Shown here: positions 32,517-42,191 of the stretch, one piece after another | How positions within the stretch are numbered: position 1 is the stretch's first letter | How the letters are laid out: each line of letters opens with the position of its first letter | From: Verrucomicrobiia bacterium | Lineage (GTDB): Bacteria > Verrucomicrobiota > Verrucomicrobiia > Limisphaerales > UBA1319 | Direction: 5' to 3' | Assembly (NCBI GenBank): GCA_963664225.1 | Contig: OY760937.1 | Location: 2,528,001 to 2,592,000 of the forward strand | Length of the DNA stretch: 64,000 bases | Program-made: the position numbers and the translations under genes | Notes under the pieces: generated by a model | What the model was told of the DNA's origin: nothing | Seen by the model: only the letters and a program-made list of their open reading frames with translations | The model's database searches: none

Positions 32517-33623
32517 CTATGCCGGGGTGGGGTCCCCGTTCTTGAGGACCTCGTCCAAGTGCTGGGTGCCGCGCATGTTCAGGTACACCGCACCGCCTAT
32601 GAGGCTCCAGATCAGGAATCCCGCGTACGCGAGCAGCGAAAGCGCCAGCGCCTTGGTCGGCTCCACTGAAAGGGGGGCCACGGCCAGCATTTGCACGTAT
32701 AAATTTTCCCGGAGTCCGAGTCCGCTGATACTTAACGGCAGGGACGAGATGCAAATGATCATGGGCACGATCAGGAAGAGCGCTTCAGGCGGGATTCGCA
32801 GCTTGAGTCCGTAAGCCAGAACGATGACTTGAAGCACGCAAAAGGCATTCAGGACCATGGAGACGCCAAAAGCTTTGGTCAGGAAGGCCGGCTGTTTTCC
32901 AAAGCCACGGCAAGCCTCCAGCGATCGCTCGAGCACCTCGCCCTTGGGCAGCTTGCGCAACCACGCACGCGCCCGGGGAAATCCGCGGGATACGCCGCCC
33001 CAGAAAGCCAGCACGACGACAACCGCACATGCCAGCGTCATGGCCGCCACAACCACGGCCACCCCGGCCAGGCTGCGGTGATCTGCCAGCAGCGCCCAAT
33101 TCCACGGCATCATCAGGCAGGCGAACACGAGCATGGCAAACAGGCCGATCAACCGGTCCACAAATACCGTGACCACGGCTTCGGTTTTTTGATGGCACGT
33201 CTCCCGCGCGGCATAGTAGGCCTTGAGAAGATCGCCGCCGGTGGATCCCAGAAGAAAGGAATTGAAGCATTGGGCAACCATGGAAATGGACGTGGCCCGG
33301 CCCAACGGGAGCGGCAATCCCACGGCCTTCAAAGCCATGCGCCAGCGGATGACACCCAAAAAGATCGTCATCCCCATCAGCGGCAGGGACAGGGCAAAAG
33401 CGCCCGGGCTGACCATACCAAGGGTTTTTAACAGGTTTGGAGGGCCAAGCGTCCAGCCGATCCTCCACATTTCCAACCGGCTCAAGGTGTCCCAAGGCTG
33501 TCCATTGCTGCGATAGGTCTCGCGGCCCTCGTTGACGAAGATGCAGTGGAAAACCCAGAGCAGCAGCAGCCCGCATAATCCCAGCCGCAGCAGCGGAGAC
33601 CAGTTGGGTTTTCCCAGTTTCAC
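32517..33623 (-). CDS. Lysylphosphatidylglycerol synthase TM / flippase-like membrane protein
   Basis: RWRM, FNSFL.GSTGGD..K, DRLIG, LP.SISGLGLRE. Confidence 0.85.
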   Translation of the reverse strand: MKLGKPNWSPLLRLGLCGLLLLWVFHCIFVNEGRETYRSNGQPWDTLSRLEMWRIGWTLGPPNLLKTLGMVSPGAFALSLPLMGMTIFLGVIRWRMALKAVGLPLPLGRATSISMVAQCFNSFLLGSTGGDLLKAYYAARETCHQKTEAVVTVFVDRLIGLFAMLVFACLMMPWNWALLADHRSLAGVAVVVAAMTLACAVVVVLAFWGGVSRGFPRARAWLRKLPKGEVLERSLEACRGFGKQPAFLTKAFGVSMVLNAFCVLQVIVLAYGLKLRIPPEALFLIVPMIICISSLPLSISGLGLRENLYVQMLAVAPLSVEPTKALALSLLAYAGFLIWSLIGGAVYLNMRGTQHLDEVLKNGDPTPA

Positions 33624-33624
33624 G

Positions 33625-34539
33625 TTACTCGGCGCCCCAGATGGCCCGGATATGCTCGAAGCCGGCTCGGACCGCTTCGCTCGGCAGGCCTGGATTGAGC
33701 TCGAGCACCTTGATGTGCCCGGGTTTTACAAATTGCTTTAGCGCAGCAAAATCGATAATCCCCTGCCCCGGCGGCATGTGATCGGTGCCTGGAAACTTCA
33801 CATCGTGAACATGGAAACCGACCAGACGGTCCGCCATGTTTTCCAAGTGCATGATGTGGTTTAGGAAACCGATGTTTTCCTTGATCTGGGCATGTCCCGT
33901 GTCATGCCAGTATCCGATGCAGGGTTCTGGAAAATCCTTCAGGAAAAACGGAAACTCGTCGTCAAAGGGGATTTCCTCCACTGCCTCCCGGTTTTCAATG
34001 CCCAGGAGCAATCCCCGTGATGCGGCCTCGGGAGCCAGACGGCGCAGCATTTCGGAGGCATACTGCATGTGTTTGGTCTTGTATTTGGCCCGTTTCTCAC
34101 AGGCTTCGAGACACAATTTCTCAAATTTTGGCGTTTCCTTGAGCCCGTTTTCGGCCATTTCCAGCAAACGGTCCGTGTAATCCTTCATGTCGATGGCGCC
34201 CATATGGAGCACCACCAAACGGGCCTTGAGGCGCTCAGCGGTTTCAAGGGTTTTGAGGGAATAACGCCAGGCGTTCTCGCGTTCGCGCTCTTCCAACGCG
34301 GTGAATTTGAAGATGTTGGGAGCGGCATGAGTCACGCCGATGGGCAGCGGACAGAAGTTATGAAGCGTTGAGATTTTGATTTCGCCGGCCTGCACCGCCT
34401 CGAAGATCCCGGGCAGGAGACTGATGCGAATGCCATGGCTTAATTCGGCATATTCAAAACCCAAGTCACGGATTTCGCGCAGCATGGCGCGACCATCCGT
34501 GTGACGACTGGAATTCCAGCACGAGGACAAGGAGTACAT
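33625..34539 (-). CDS. Xylose-isomerase-like TIM barrel protein
   Basis: HNFCP, IENR, WHDTGH, HVHD...DHMPPG.G.IDF. Confidence 0.85.
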   Translation of the reverse strand: MYSLSSCWNSSRHTDGRAMLREIRDLGFEYAELSHGIRISLLPGIFEAVQAGEIKISTLHNFCPLPIGVTHAAPNIFKFTALEERERENAWRYSLKTLETAERLKARLVVLHMGAIDMKDYTDRLLEMAENGLKETPKFEKLCLEACEKRAKYKTKHMQYASEMLRRLAPEAASRGLLLGIENREAVEEIPFDDEFPFFLKDFPEPCIGYWHDTGHAQIKENIGFLNHIMHLENMADRLVGFHVHDVKFPGTDHMPPGQGIIDFAALKQFVKPGHIKVLELNPGLPSEAVRAGFEHIRAIWGAE

Positions 34540-34612
34540 AAAAATAAAAAAACCGGGCGCCTCGGAGTGAGCGAACAGCGCCCGGCTGAAATGCCAACTG
34601 ACGCAGAACCTT

Positions 34613-34810
34613 TTAGAGGTCAGCGTAACGAGCGCTCAACATGGCCGAAAACCGGGCAACCTTCATCTTACGACGACGGCGCTCGCTCGGTTTCTCATAA
34701 TAACGATGCCCGCGGACATCTTTCAACGTCCCTTCGCGGTCAATCTTCTTCTTCATGCGGCGCAACGCTTTTTCCAGCGACTCGCCTTTTTTCAGTTTAA
34801 TCTCTGTCAA
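34613..34810 (-). CDS. rpsU: 30S ribosomal protein S21
   Basis: ESLEKALRRMKK...RYYEKPSERRR; TTG start after GGAG. Confidence 0.95.
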   Translation of the reverse strand: MTEIKLKKGESLEKALRRMKKKIDREGTLKDVRGHRYYEKPSERRRRKMKVARFSAMLSARYADL

Positions 34811-34885
34811 TTTAGTTTCACTCCTCTCCGCGACCTGACCTTCCGCCGCGCAAGGCGCCGGACCAGTCTTCAAGTCAGGCGGTCA

Positions 34886-34914
34886 AAGCTAAAGTGACCC
34901 GAACCCAGTGTCAA
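34886..34914 (-). promoter_or_regulatory. Sigma70-type promoter of rpsU
   Basis: TTGACA-N17-TAGCTT on the minus strand. Confidence 0.7.
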
Positions 34915-35097
34915 CGGGCTTTTTTTGGGGCTTTTTTGGATATTTGAACAATTTCGGCCTTTATTTCGAATAGGAGGGGGTCAGGGATGGGGTGCGAGTG
35001 GCACGGTTCATGATGCAAAGAGGGGCGGCGACTCATGGCGATGGAGCGATTCCTGGCACCACGTTGACTGCTGCAATGCTTTGATTATCAGTGTATT

Positions 35098-37512
35098 ATG
35101 AATTTGGTTTCAGTGAGAACCACCGGGAAAGGTGGGCGCGCGTCGCGCCTGTCGATCCTTTTGGCGATGGCGGTTGTGTGGCTCGGATGGGTGTGGGTGG
35201 CGGAGGCGCAACATCTTTATGATGTTGGGCAGAAGAATGTTACGTCGGAACAGGTGGCTGCATTGCAGGCCCGCCAGACACGCCAGAGCCGGCTGGAACC
35301 GCTGGGTGTTCCAGCGTTCAACCGGTTGACTGTTGGGTTGACTGCGATTGGTTCGGTTGACGTGTCCATCCTCCTGAGAAACGAGGAGTCCGGGCAAAGC
35401 GTCGTTCTCTCGGGATTCGCGCCCGGGTCTCGGGAGGTGGAGCTGCCGCCGTTGTTGCTGGCGGAACTCAAGGCGGGCGCTTTGGGCGAAGCCACCCGGT
35501 ACCGTTACGCGGTGATGGAAACCGGCAGTAACGGGACGACGAAGGTGAAAAGCCAGGCGGTCTTTGCGATGGCAAGGCAGGCACTCAAGCTGCCGGTTTT
35601 TAGCTACGGTCCCGCCAATGCGGTTAAATCGACGTCCGTCGGCGAGCGCAAGGTGGTGGGAGTGGCGAAGGCGAGGCCTCACGTGCTCATCGCGGATCAC
35701 ACCGATCCGGCCCTGCTGGAGAAAGCGGTCCGCATGGAGGAGGCGGCCGCGTATTACGTCTATACGTATCAACTGCCCGATGGTTCGCTCACCACCTACG
35801 ACGAGCAGCTTCAAACGGTGGGGATTCTGGGGACTGTCACGGGGAGTCTGACGTTCCAGATTTCTGCGACGGGTTCCACCGCCGCGCAGGATGCCGCGGA
35901 TACGTACGTGGCCGGCTTGTGGGGGACGCAGCTTTCCGGGCCGGTGCCGGTGACTGTCTCGATCACTTTTTCAGATTTCGGCGTCGGGAATGAGAAAGTG
36001 ATCGGACAGTCTCTTGAGCCCGCTGTTTACAAAAACGGAGGCATTTATTATCCGTCCGCCCTGCGCAATCAGAAGCTCGGTTATGATGTTAATAAACAGA
36101 TGGCCGACATTCGCCTGGAGTTTAACACGCATTATTCCTTTTACTATGGGACGGACGGCAATTGTCCCTCCGGCCAGATCGATTATCCGTCGGTGCTATT
36201 GCATGAGATGTGCCACGGTCTTGGATTCTACTCTTCCATCAATCCCACGACCGGCCAGTATGGGAGCAGTCCCTCGACGCCCTTGATTTTCGATACCTTC
36301 CTTTACTACAACGGAGCCCGGCTGACGGCGTCCTCCGCGACAACGCGCGCGGCGGCGCTGACCAGTAACGCGCTGTATTATGATGGCCCCAATGCGGTGG
36401 CGGCCAATGGGGGCAGCCGGATTAAAATCTACGCGCCAACGACCTATGCCTCAGGATCGAGCGGGTCGCACTGGGACGAGAGCATCACGTTTCCGACCTT
36501 CATGAAGTATGCGTATCATCAGGTCGTGCACACCTTCAATACCCGCAAGTTGGGGGTGATGAAGGACCTGGGCTGGACTCTGGCGTCCGAGGCCGTCGCG
36601 CCCGCGGCGCCCGCAAACGTCGTCGCGTCCGATGGCCTGACGGATCGGGTGCATGTGACGTGGAATGTTTCCACCAATGCCACTTCGTATAAAATCTATC
36701 GCTACACGACCAACGCCAGCGGGAGCGCCAGCCAGATTGGCACCGCTTCGACCACGAGTTTCGATGACACGAATGCCGTGCCCGGGATCACTTACTATTA
36801 TTGGTTGAAGGCTGCCAACGCGACGGGAGCGAGCGGTTTTAGTTCATCGGATACTGGAACACGCATCAGCCCGGCACCCCCGCTGCCGGTGGCACTCGAC
36901 GCGACGGAACTTACCTGGATGACCGGCGAAAACGTCCAATGGTTCTCGCAGTCGGCCATCACCCACGACGGGGTGGCGGCCGCGCAGAGCGGAGCGATTA
37001 CGAACAGTCAGGAATCCTCGCTTGAGACGACGGTGACTGGTCCGGGCACTGTTGACTTCTGGTGGAAAGTGTCCTGTGAGAATGGAGCCACCAATGATTT
37101 GGACTATCTCCAGTTTTCCGTGGATGGCGTGGAGCAGGCGCGCATCAGCGGGGAGGTGGACTGGCAGGAGGCGGGCTTTACCGTTGGAACCGGCACGCAT
37201 CAGTTGAGCTGGGTTTACCACAAGGATTCGTCAGGCAGCGCCGGTGCGGACGCCGGGTGGGTGGACGAGGTAAGTTATGCGCCGCTCGAGGTGTTTGGTT
37301 TTGAAGTCCAGGGCGGATTGTTGACGGCGACCAACGGCCTGTTGCAGATGACGGTGGTTGGGACAACGGACGCAACGGTGGTTTGGGAATCGTCCAGTAA
37401 CCTGCTGCAGTGGGCGCCCTGGGGGACCAATACGCTGACTAATGGTGTGCTGGACATGCGGATACCGATTGGCACGAACGATCAACAGTTCTTTCGTCTG
37501 CGGATGCCGTGA
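35098..37512 (+). CDS. Secreted putative zinc metallopeptidase with FN3 and C-terminal beta domains
   Basis: Signal peptide, LLHEMCHGLGF (HExxH), FN3 YYYWLKA, C-terminal SSNL.QW...QFFRL. Confidence 0.8.
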   Translation: MNLVSVRTTGKGGRASRLSILLAMAVVWLGWVWVAEAQHLYDVGQKNVTSEQVAALQARQTRQSRLEPLGVPAFNRLTVGLTAIGSVDVSILLRNEESGQSVVLSGFAPGSREVELPPLLLAELKAGALGEATRYRYAVMETGSNGTTKVKSQAVFAMARQALKLPVFSYGPANAVKSTSVGERKVVGVAKARPHVLIADHTDPALLEKAVRMEEAAAYYVYTYQLPDGSLTTYDEQLQTVGILGTVTGSLTFQISATGSTAAQDAADTYVAGLWGTQLSGPVPVTVSITFSDFGVGNEKVIGQSLEPAVYKNGGIYYPSALRNQKLGYDVNKQMADIRLEFNTHYSFYYGTDGNCPSGQIDYPSVLLHEMCHGLGFYSSINPTTGQYGSSPSTPLIFDTFLYYNGARLTASSATTRAAALTSNALYYDGPNAVAANGGSRIKIYAPTTYASGSSGSHWDESITFPTFMKYAYHQVVHTFNTRKLGVMKDLGWTLASEAVAPAAPANVVASDGLTDRVHVTWNVSTNATSYKIYRYTTNASGSASQIGTASTTSFDDTNAVPGITYYYWLKAANATGASGFSSSDTGTRISPAPPLPVALDATELTWMTGENVQWFSQSAITHDGVAAAQSGAITNSQESSLETTVTGPGTVDFWWKVSCENGATNDLDYLQFSVDGVEQARISGEVDWQEAGFTVGTGTHQLSWVYHKDSSGSAGADAGWVDEVSYAPLEVFGFEVQGGLLTATNGLLQMTVVGTTDATVVWESSSNLLQWAPWGTNTLTNGVLDMRIPIGTNDQQFFRLRMP

Positions 37513-37792
37513 GGGGAGAGAATTATTTAACCGCAGAGAACGCATAAAACACATAGAAGGAGGGGGCGAAGACGCTGTGGGCCGCGGTAATAGCGCGGCA
37601 ACATTGTCATTGAATCAAATTGCCGCCCGCGTAGGGTTGGGGTGTTCCATGAGCGCCAATGGCATGTGATCCCGTTGGGAGAAAGTGAATGTGGGAAAGG
37701 ATCTGGGACCGGCGGGCATTGCCAAAGAGGCTGGCTTGTGAACAAAACAAAAGACGCATAACGCACCAGACGATGGGTAATCCATTTATAAA

Positions 37793-38284
37793 ATGTTACT
37801 ATTTCCGCACAAAATCCTCGGTAATGCGGCCAAGTTAGCAGCCTATTATTTTGCGAGAGTGCAAAACACGCCATCCTATGATGGAATTACGATCTCGGCG
37901 TTTCCAAAATATAATCAGGAGGAATATTACCAAGCAGTTGCCAAGTCCTTAAAGTTGATCGAAGTCATATCTCCCGTTAGCTATAATAGAGTCAAAAAGC
38001 ATATCGACATCATTTTCCTTTGCGATCTAAGGAAAGGCCAATCCAACTACTATTATAATCACAAATGCATTTGCATATCGATAGATAATATAACAAATAC
38101 TTTTTCTCCAAATAAAGTAATAGTTCAAATGATCGCATATTGGTTGATATACTCATCCGCTTCCGGAGTATTTAGGGCGAAGGGCTTAGGTTATTCGAAT
38201 AAAATGGTCGAACGAATCAGCAAATGCTGCGACAAAACTGGTCGGAGATTCATGGATCGGGTAAGAAATAGAATGGATGGTTAG
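37793..38284 (+). CDS. AT-rich hypothetical protein
   Basis: 163-aa ORF in an AT-rich island where chance ORFs are less likely; no recognised motif. Confidence 0.55.
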   Translation: MLLFPHKILGNAAKLAAYYFARVQNTPSYDGITISAFPKYNQEEYYQAVAKSLKLIEVISPVSYNRVKKHIDIIFLCDLRKGQSNYYYNHKCICISIDNITNTFSPNKVIVQMIAYWLIYSSASGVFRAKGLGYSNKMVERISKCCDKTGRRFMDRVRNRMDG

Positions 38285-38404
38285 GGGTCAGAGCAAAACG
38301 TTACACTTTTGGCTGCGGGATCATTGGTTTCCACATTCGGGGATTGGAGTGGGTTTGACGTGGAATTTGCCTTCTGGATTTAAAGTGGCAGCGAGTTGCG
38401 GGTT

Positions 38405-40486
38405 GAATTGGGTGGTTTGGAAGGTGGACGAACATGCCGCTCCGCTGGAGCTTGAATTTCGTGGTTGTCGGATTTCTATAAACATGGCGCCCCTACGGAG
38501 CTTCTATTTGTGACCCATCGGGTGGAGAGGCACGCGTTCATTGGAATGGGTCTGCGACCCCTGCCGGGATCGTGTTGGCTGGGGTGCGTGTCCGGGGGTG
38601 TCAGTCGCGGACGACCTCGACCCCCGGCTAATCGCTGGCATCCCTGCTGGGATGCTTGGATTTCGTGGTAGTTGGATTTCTATAAACATGGCGCTCCTAC
38701 GGAGCTTCTATTTGCGATCCACCGGGTGGAGTGGCACGCGTTCATTGGAAAGGGTCTGCGATCCCTGCCGGGATCGTGTTGGCTGGGGTGCGTGTCCGGG
38801 GGTGTCAGTCGCGGACGACCTCGACCCCCGGCTAATCGCTGGCATCCCTGCCGGGATGCTTGAATTTCGTGGGTGTTCCGTTTTAAGAACATGCCGCTCC
38901 GCTGGAGCTTGGATTTCGTGGTAGTTGGATTTCTATAAACATGGCGCTCCTATGAAGCTTCTATTTGCGATCCACCGGGTGGAGAGGCACGCGTTCATTG
39001 GAAAGGGTCCGCGACCCCTGCCGGGATCGTGTTCGCTGGGGTGCGTGTCCGGGGGTGTCAGTCGAGGACGACCTCGACCCCCGGCTAATCGCTGGCATCC
39101 CTGCCGGGATGCTTGAATTTCGTGGTTGTTGGATTTCTATAAACATGGCGCTCCTACGGAGCTTCTATTTGCCATCCACCGGGTGGAAAGGCACGCGTTC
39201 ATTGGAAAGGGTCTGCGATCCCTGCCGGGATTGTATTGGTTGGGGTGCGTGTCCGGGGGTGTCAGTCGCGGACGACCTCGACCCCCGGCTAATCGCTGGC
39301 ATCCCTGCCGGGATGCTCGAATTTCGTTGTTGTCGGATTTCTATAAACATGGCGCTCCTACGGAGCTTCTATTTGCGATCCACCGGGTGGAGAGGCACGC
39401 GTTCATTGGAATGGGTCTGCAATCCCTGCCGGGATCGTGTTGGCTGGGGTGCGTGTCCGGGGGTGTCAGTCGCGGACGACCTCGACCCCCGGCTAATCGC
39501 TGGCATCCCTGCCGGGATGCTTGAATTTCGTGGTTGTTGCATTTCTATAAACATGGCGCTCCTATGGAGCTTCTATTTGCGATCCACCGGGTGGAGAGGC
39601 ACGGGTTACAAAGGGACGCCATGTGGGGTTGGTTGAGGGAAGAATGGAGGATGGATAGTCGAAAGTGGTCGCGGAATGAATTGGGTGGTTTGGAAGGTGG
39701 ATAAACATGCCGCTCCGCTGGAGCTTGAATTTCGTTGTTGTTTGATTTCTATAAACATGTCGCTCCTACGGAGCTTCAATTTGAGACCCATCGGGTGGAG
39801 AGGCACGCGTTCATTGGAATGGGTCTGCAATCCCTGCCGGGATCGTGTTGGCTGGGGTGCGTGTCCGGGGGTGTCAGTCGCGGACGACCTCGACCCCCGG
39901 CTAATCGCTGGCATCCCTGCCGGGATGCTTGAATTTCGTGGTTGTTGCATTTCTATAAACATGGCGCTCCTACGGAGCTTCTATTTGCGATCCACCGGGT
40001 GGAGAGGCACGCGTTCATTGGAATGGGTCTGCGATCCCTGCCGGGATCGTGTTGGCTGGGGTGCGTGTCCGGGGGTGTCAGTCGCGGACGACCTCGACCC
40101 CCGGCTAATCGCTGGCATCCCTGCCGGGATGCTTGAATTTCGTTGTTGTCGGATTTCTATAAACATGGCGCTCCTACGGAGCTTCTATTTGCGATCTACC
40201 GGGTGGAGAGGCACGCGTTCATTGGAAAGGGTCTGCGATCCCTGCCGGGATTGTATTGGTTGGGGTGCGTGTCCGGGGGTGTCAGTCGCGGACGACCTCG
40301 ACCCCCGGCTAATCGCTGGCATCCCTGCCGGGATGCTTGAATTTCGTTGTTGTCGGATTTCTATAAACATGGCGCTTCTACGGAGCTTCTATTTGCGATC
40401 CACCGGGTGGAGAGGCACGCGTTCATTGGAATGGGTCCGCGACCCCTGCCGGGATCGTGTTGGCTGAGGTGCGTGTCCGGGGGTGT
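38405..40486. repeat. Tandem array of 204-bp REP/BIME-like mosaic units
   Basis: Full units at 38470, 38674, 38927, 39131, 39335, 39743, 39947, 40151; partial units at 39539 and 40355. Confidence 0.95.
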
Positions 40487-40744
40487 ATGGAGGGAATCGT
40501 TTGAATGGGAAATAGAATGATCGTGGGCGTTACGAATTGGCGCAGGCAATCGGATTATCGAGAGGGTTGCAAATATTCAAGCTCCCCTTGATTCGAATGC
40601 TGCGCCGTCTGAAGACGGGACTCCATACAAAACCCTCGGACGCCGGGCGCCAGTAGGTATGGAGTGGAATATGTGTTCCGATTCAGGGCTGGTTGAGTCT
40701 CCAATGGCGTTTTATTGTATTTCCGCGGACCGGAGGATGCAGTT

Positions 40745-40923
40745 TTGCGCCCTGTGAGTTTGAGACGGTTGGCGGATTGGAAATCCGCGATACGGCAGGA
40801 TGTCTGCGCTACGGGTGGTGAAGCGCAATTTCGCTCCAGTCTGTGGAGTCCGCTGCCGACTTACATTCCATGGAGCGTCTGATAGTTCGCTCGATTGCAG
40901 GTTGGAAACCTGCGAAACGGCAG
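40745..40923. repeat. REP-like cluster (129-bp family) interrupted by IS110
   Basis: gcggattggaaatccgc and gcaggttggaaacctgc hairpins; the repeat resumes at 42121. Confidence 0.85.
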
Positions 40924-40931
40924 CAACGGTG

Positions 40932-41870
40932 TCATGGAGCAACACAGAATCTGGGATCTTTTAGGGCATGATTCATCAATACGATGAGTTTCCGCATCAC
41001 TGCTGTCAGCGCCACTTTGGGCTTCTTGCCCGCCGCCCGCAGCCTCTTATAAAAGGCCTTGAGGATGGAATTGCAGCGCACCGCTGCCACGGAGGCCATG
41101 TAGAGGGCGCGGCGCACCCCGGTCCGGCCGCCACCAATGTGACGCTGGCCTTCCCAAGGGCCGCTCTGGCGCACCCACGGGGCCAGCCCCGCCAGGGCTG
41201 CCGCCTGGCCCCGGTTGAGGGTTCCCAGTTCGGGCATCTGCGCCACTACCGTCACGGCCGTCAGCATCCCCACGCCGGGAATTTCCGCCAGGCGGGTGAC
41301 TTGTTTTTGCTCGACGGCGTGGCGGGCCAGGGCGGCGGTTAATTCGGCCAGCACTGCGGCCAAACGGCTTTCCAGATGCCGTATCAGCTTGGCGTGTTCG
41401 GTGCGGACGAAGGGTGAGTCGTGGTGTTCGGCCTGATTTTTGGCGATGGTCAGGAGATCTTTGAGTTGTTCGCGCCAGGTCACCAGGGCGGTGAGCTCAG
41501 TGTGGGCTGGCGTCGGGGCGGTGGTGGCAGCGGGCTCCAGGGCCTTGCCGAAGGCGCTCAGGCTGGCAGCATCGATCGGATCGCTCTTGGCCCGCTGGCC
41601 GGTGGCGCGGGCGAAGGCACGGGTCTGGGCCGGGTTGACCACGCTGACGGGTAAACCGGCCGTGTGAAGTGCCGCCACGACGGCACGCTCATAGCCGCCA
41701 GTGGCTTCGAGGATCACGTGGGCACCGGGCACAGCACCCAGACATTGGACCAGTTGTGTGTGCCCCGCCGCATCGTTGGTCACGTCCAGGAGCCGTCCGG
41801 GAAGGTGAAGTTGGAGAGTGGCCTTGGCGACGTCCAGACCGACATGGACAGGGGCGGATTTTTCAGTCAT
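40932..41870 (-). CDS. IS110 DEDD recombinase
   Basis: GLDVAK, LEATG, AKSDPIDA (DEDD); IPGVG, GLAP..RQSG; start at MTEK. Confidence 0.96.
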   Translation of the reverse strand: MTEKSAPVHVGLDVAKATLQLHLPGRLLDVTNDAAGHTQLVQCLGAVPGAHVILEATGGYERAVVAALHTAGLPVSVVNPAQTRAFARATGQRAKSDPIDAASLSAFGKALEPAATTAPTPAHTELTALVTWREQLKDLLTIAKNQAEHHDSPFVRTEHAKLIRHLESRLAAVLAELTAALARHAVEQKQVTRLAEIPGVGMLTAVTVVAQMPELGTLNRGQAAALAGLAPWVRQSGPWEGQRHIGGGRTGVRRALYMASVAAVRCNSILKAFYKRLRAAGKKPKVALTAVMRKLIVLMNHALKDPRFCVAP

Positions 41871-41879
41871 AATATTAAA

Positions 41880-42105
41880 GTTGTTCGGACTCATTCTTGC
41901 AAATACGAGCTGGCGTTGTAACACGCCGCTCTGGTAACGGTTCGAGTTTCGGACAAAGGCGAGCGCGATTCATGCTGCCGTACGGTCTGGCTTTCACCAG
42001 ACCAAGATTGGAACGAACACGCGTCCGCCGTCCCTTCCCCGCCTGCAGGCGGGGAAGGGACACCACTTCTTTCTTGTTCAACGCGAACCAACAAACAAGT
42101 GGCAA
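41880..42105 (-). ncRNA. Putative bridge RNA of IS110 copy 1
   Basis: Internal loops carry TTCCAATCT/ACGGCAG matching the target and ACCGTT/GCAAG matching the donor; ends approximate. Confidence 0.8.
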
Positions 42106-42191
42106 ATTCAAACATACAAGACTGGAAGTCTGCGCTACGGGTGGCGCGGGGGTGGGGACACCCCGGCCTTCAGGGTCGTGGGTTTATTCGA

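Larger units (their letters stand above)
40924..42120 (-). mobile_element. IS110-family element, copy 1 (1197 bp including one core)
   Basis: Splits the repeat acggcAG|actggaag with AG (CT on minus strand) at both ends; appears identical to copy 2. Confidence 0.95.

Noticed and set aside
34999..35070. TGGCAC motifs as sigma54 promoters
   Set aside because: No correctly spaced TTGC -12 element.
38405..40486. 204-bp array as a CRISPR array or as repeat-protein genes (ORFs 38965-39636, 39676-40467)
   Set aside because: No unique spacers and no cas genes. The open frames arise because 204 is a multiple of 3, and they are broken by stops in other units.
41871..41924. Extended N-terminus of the IS110 recombinase (MLQRQLV...)
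   Set aside because: It overlaps the donor-binding loop of the bridge RNA; the DEDD domain begins right after MTEK.
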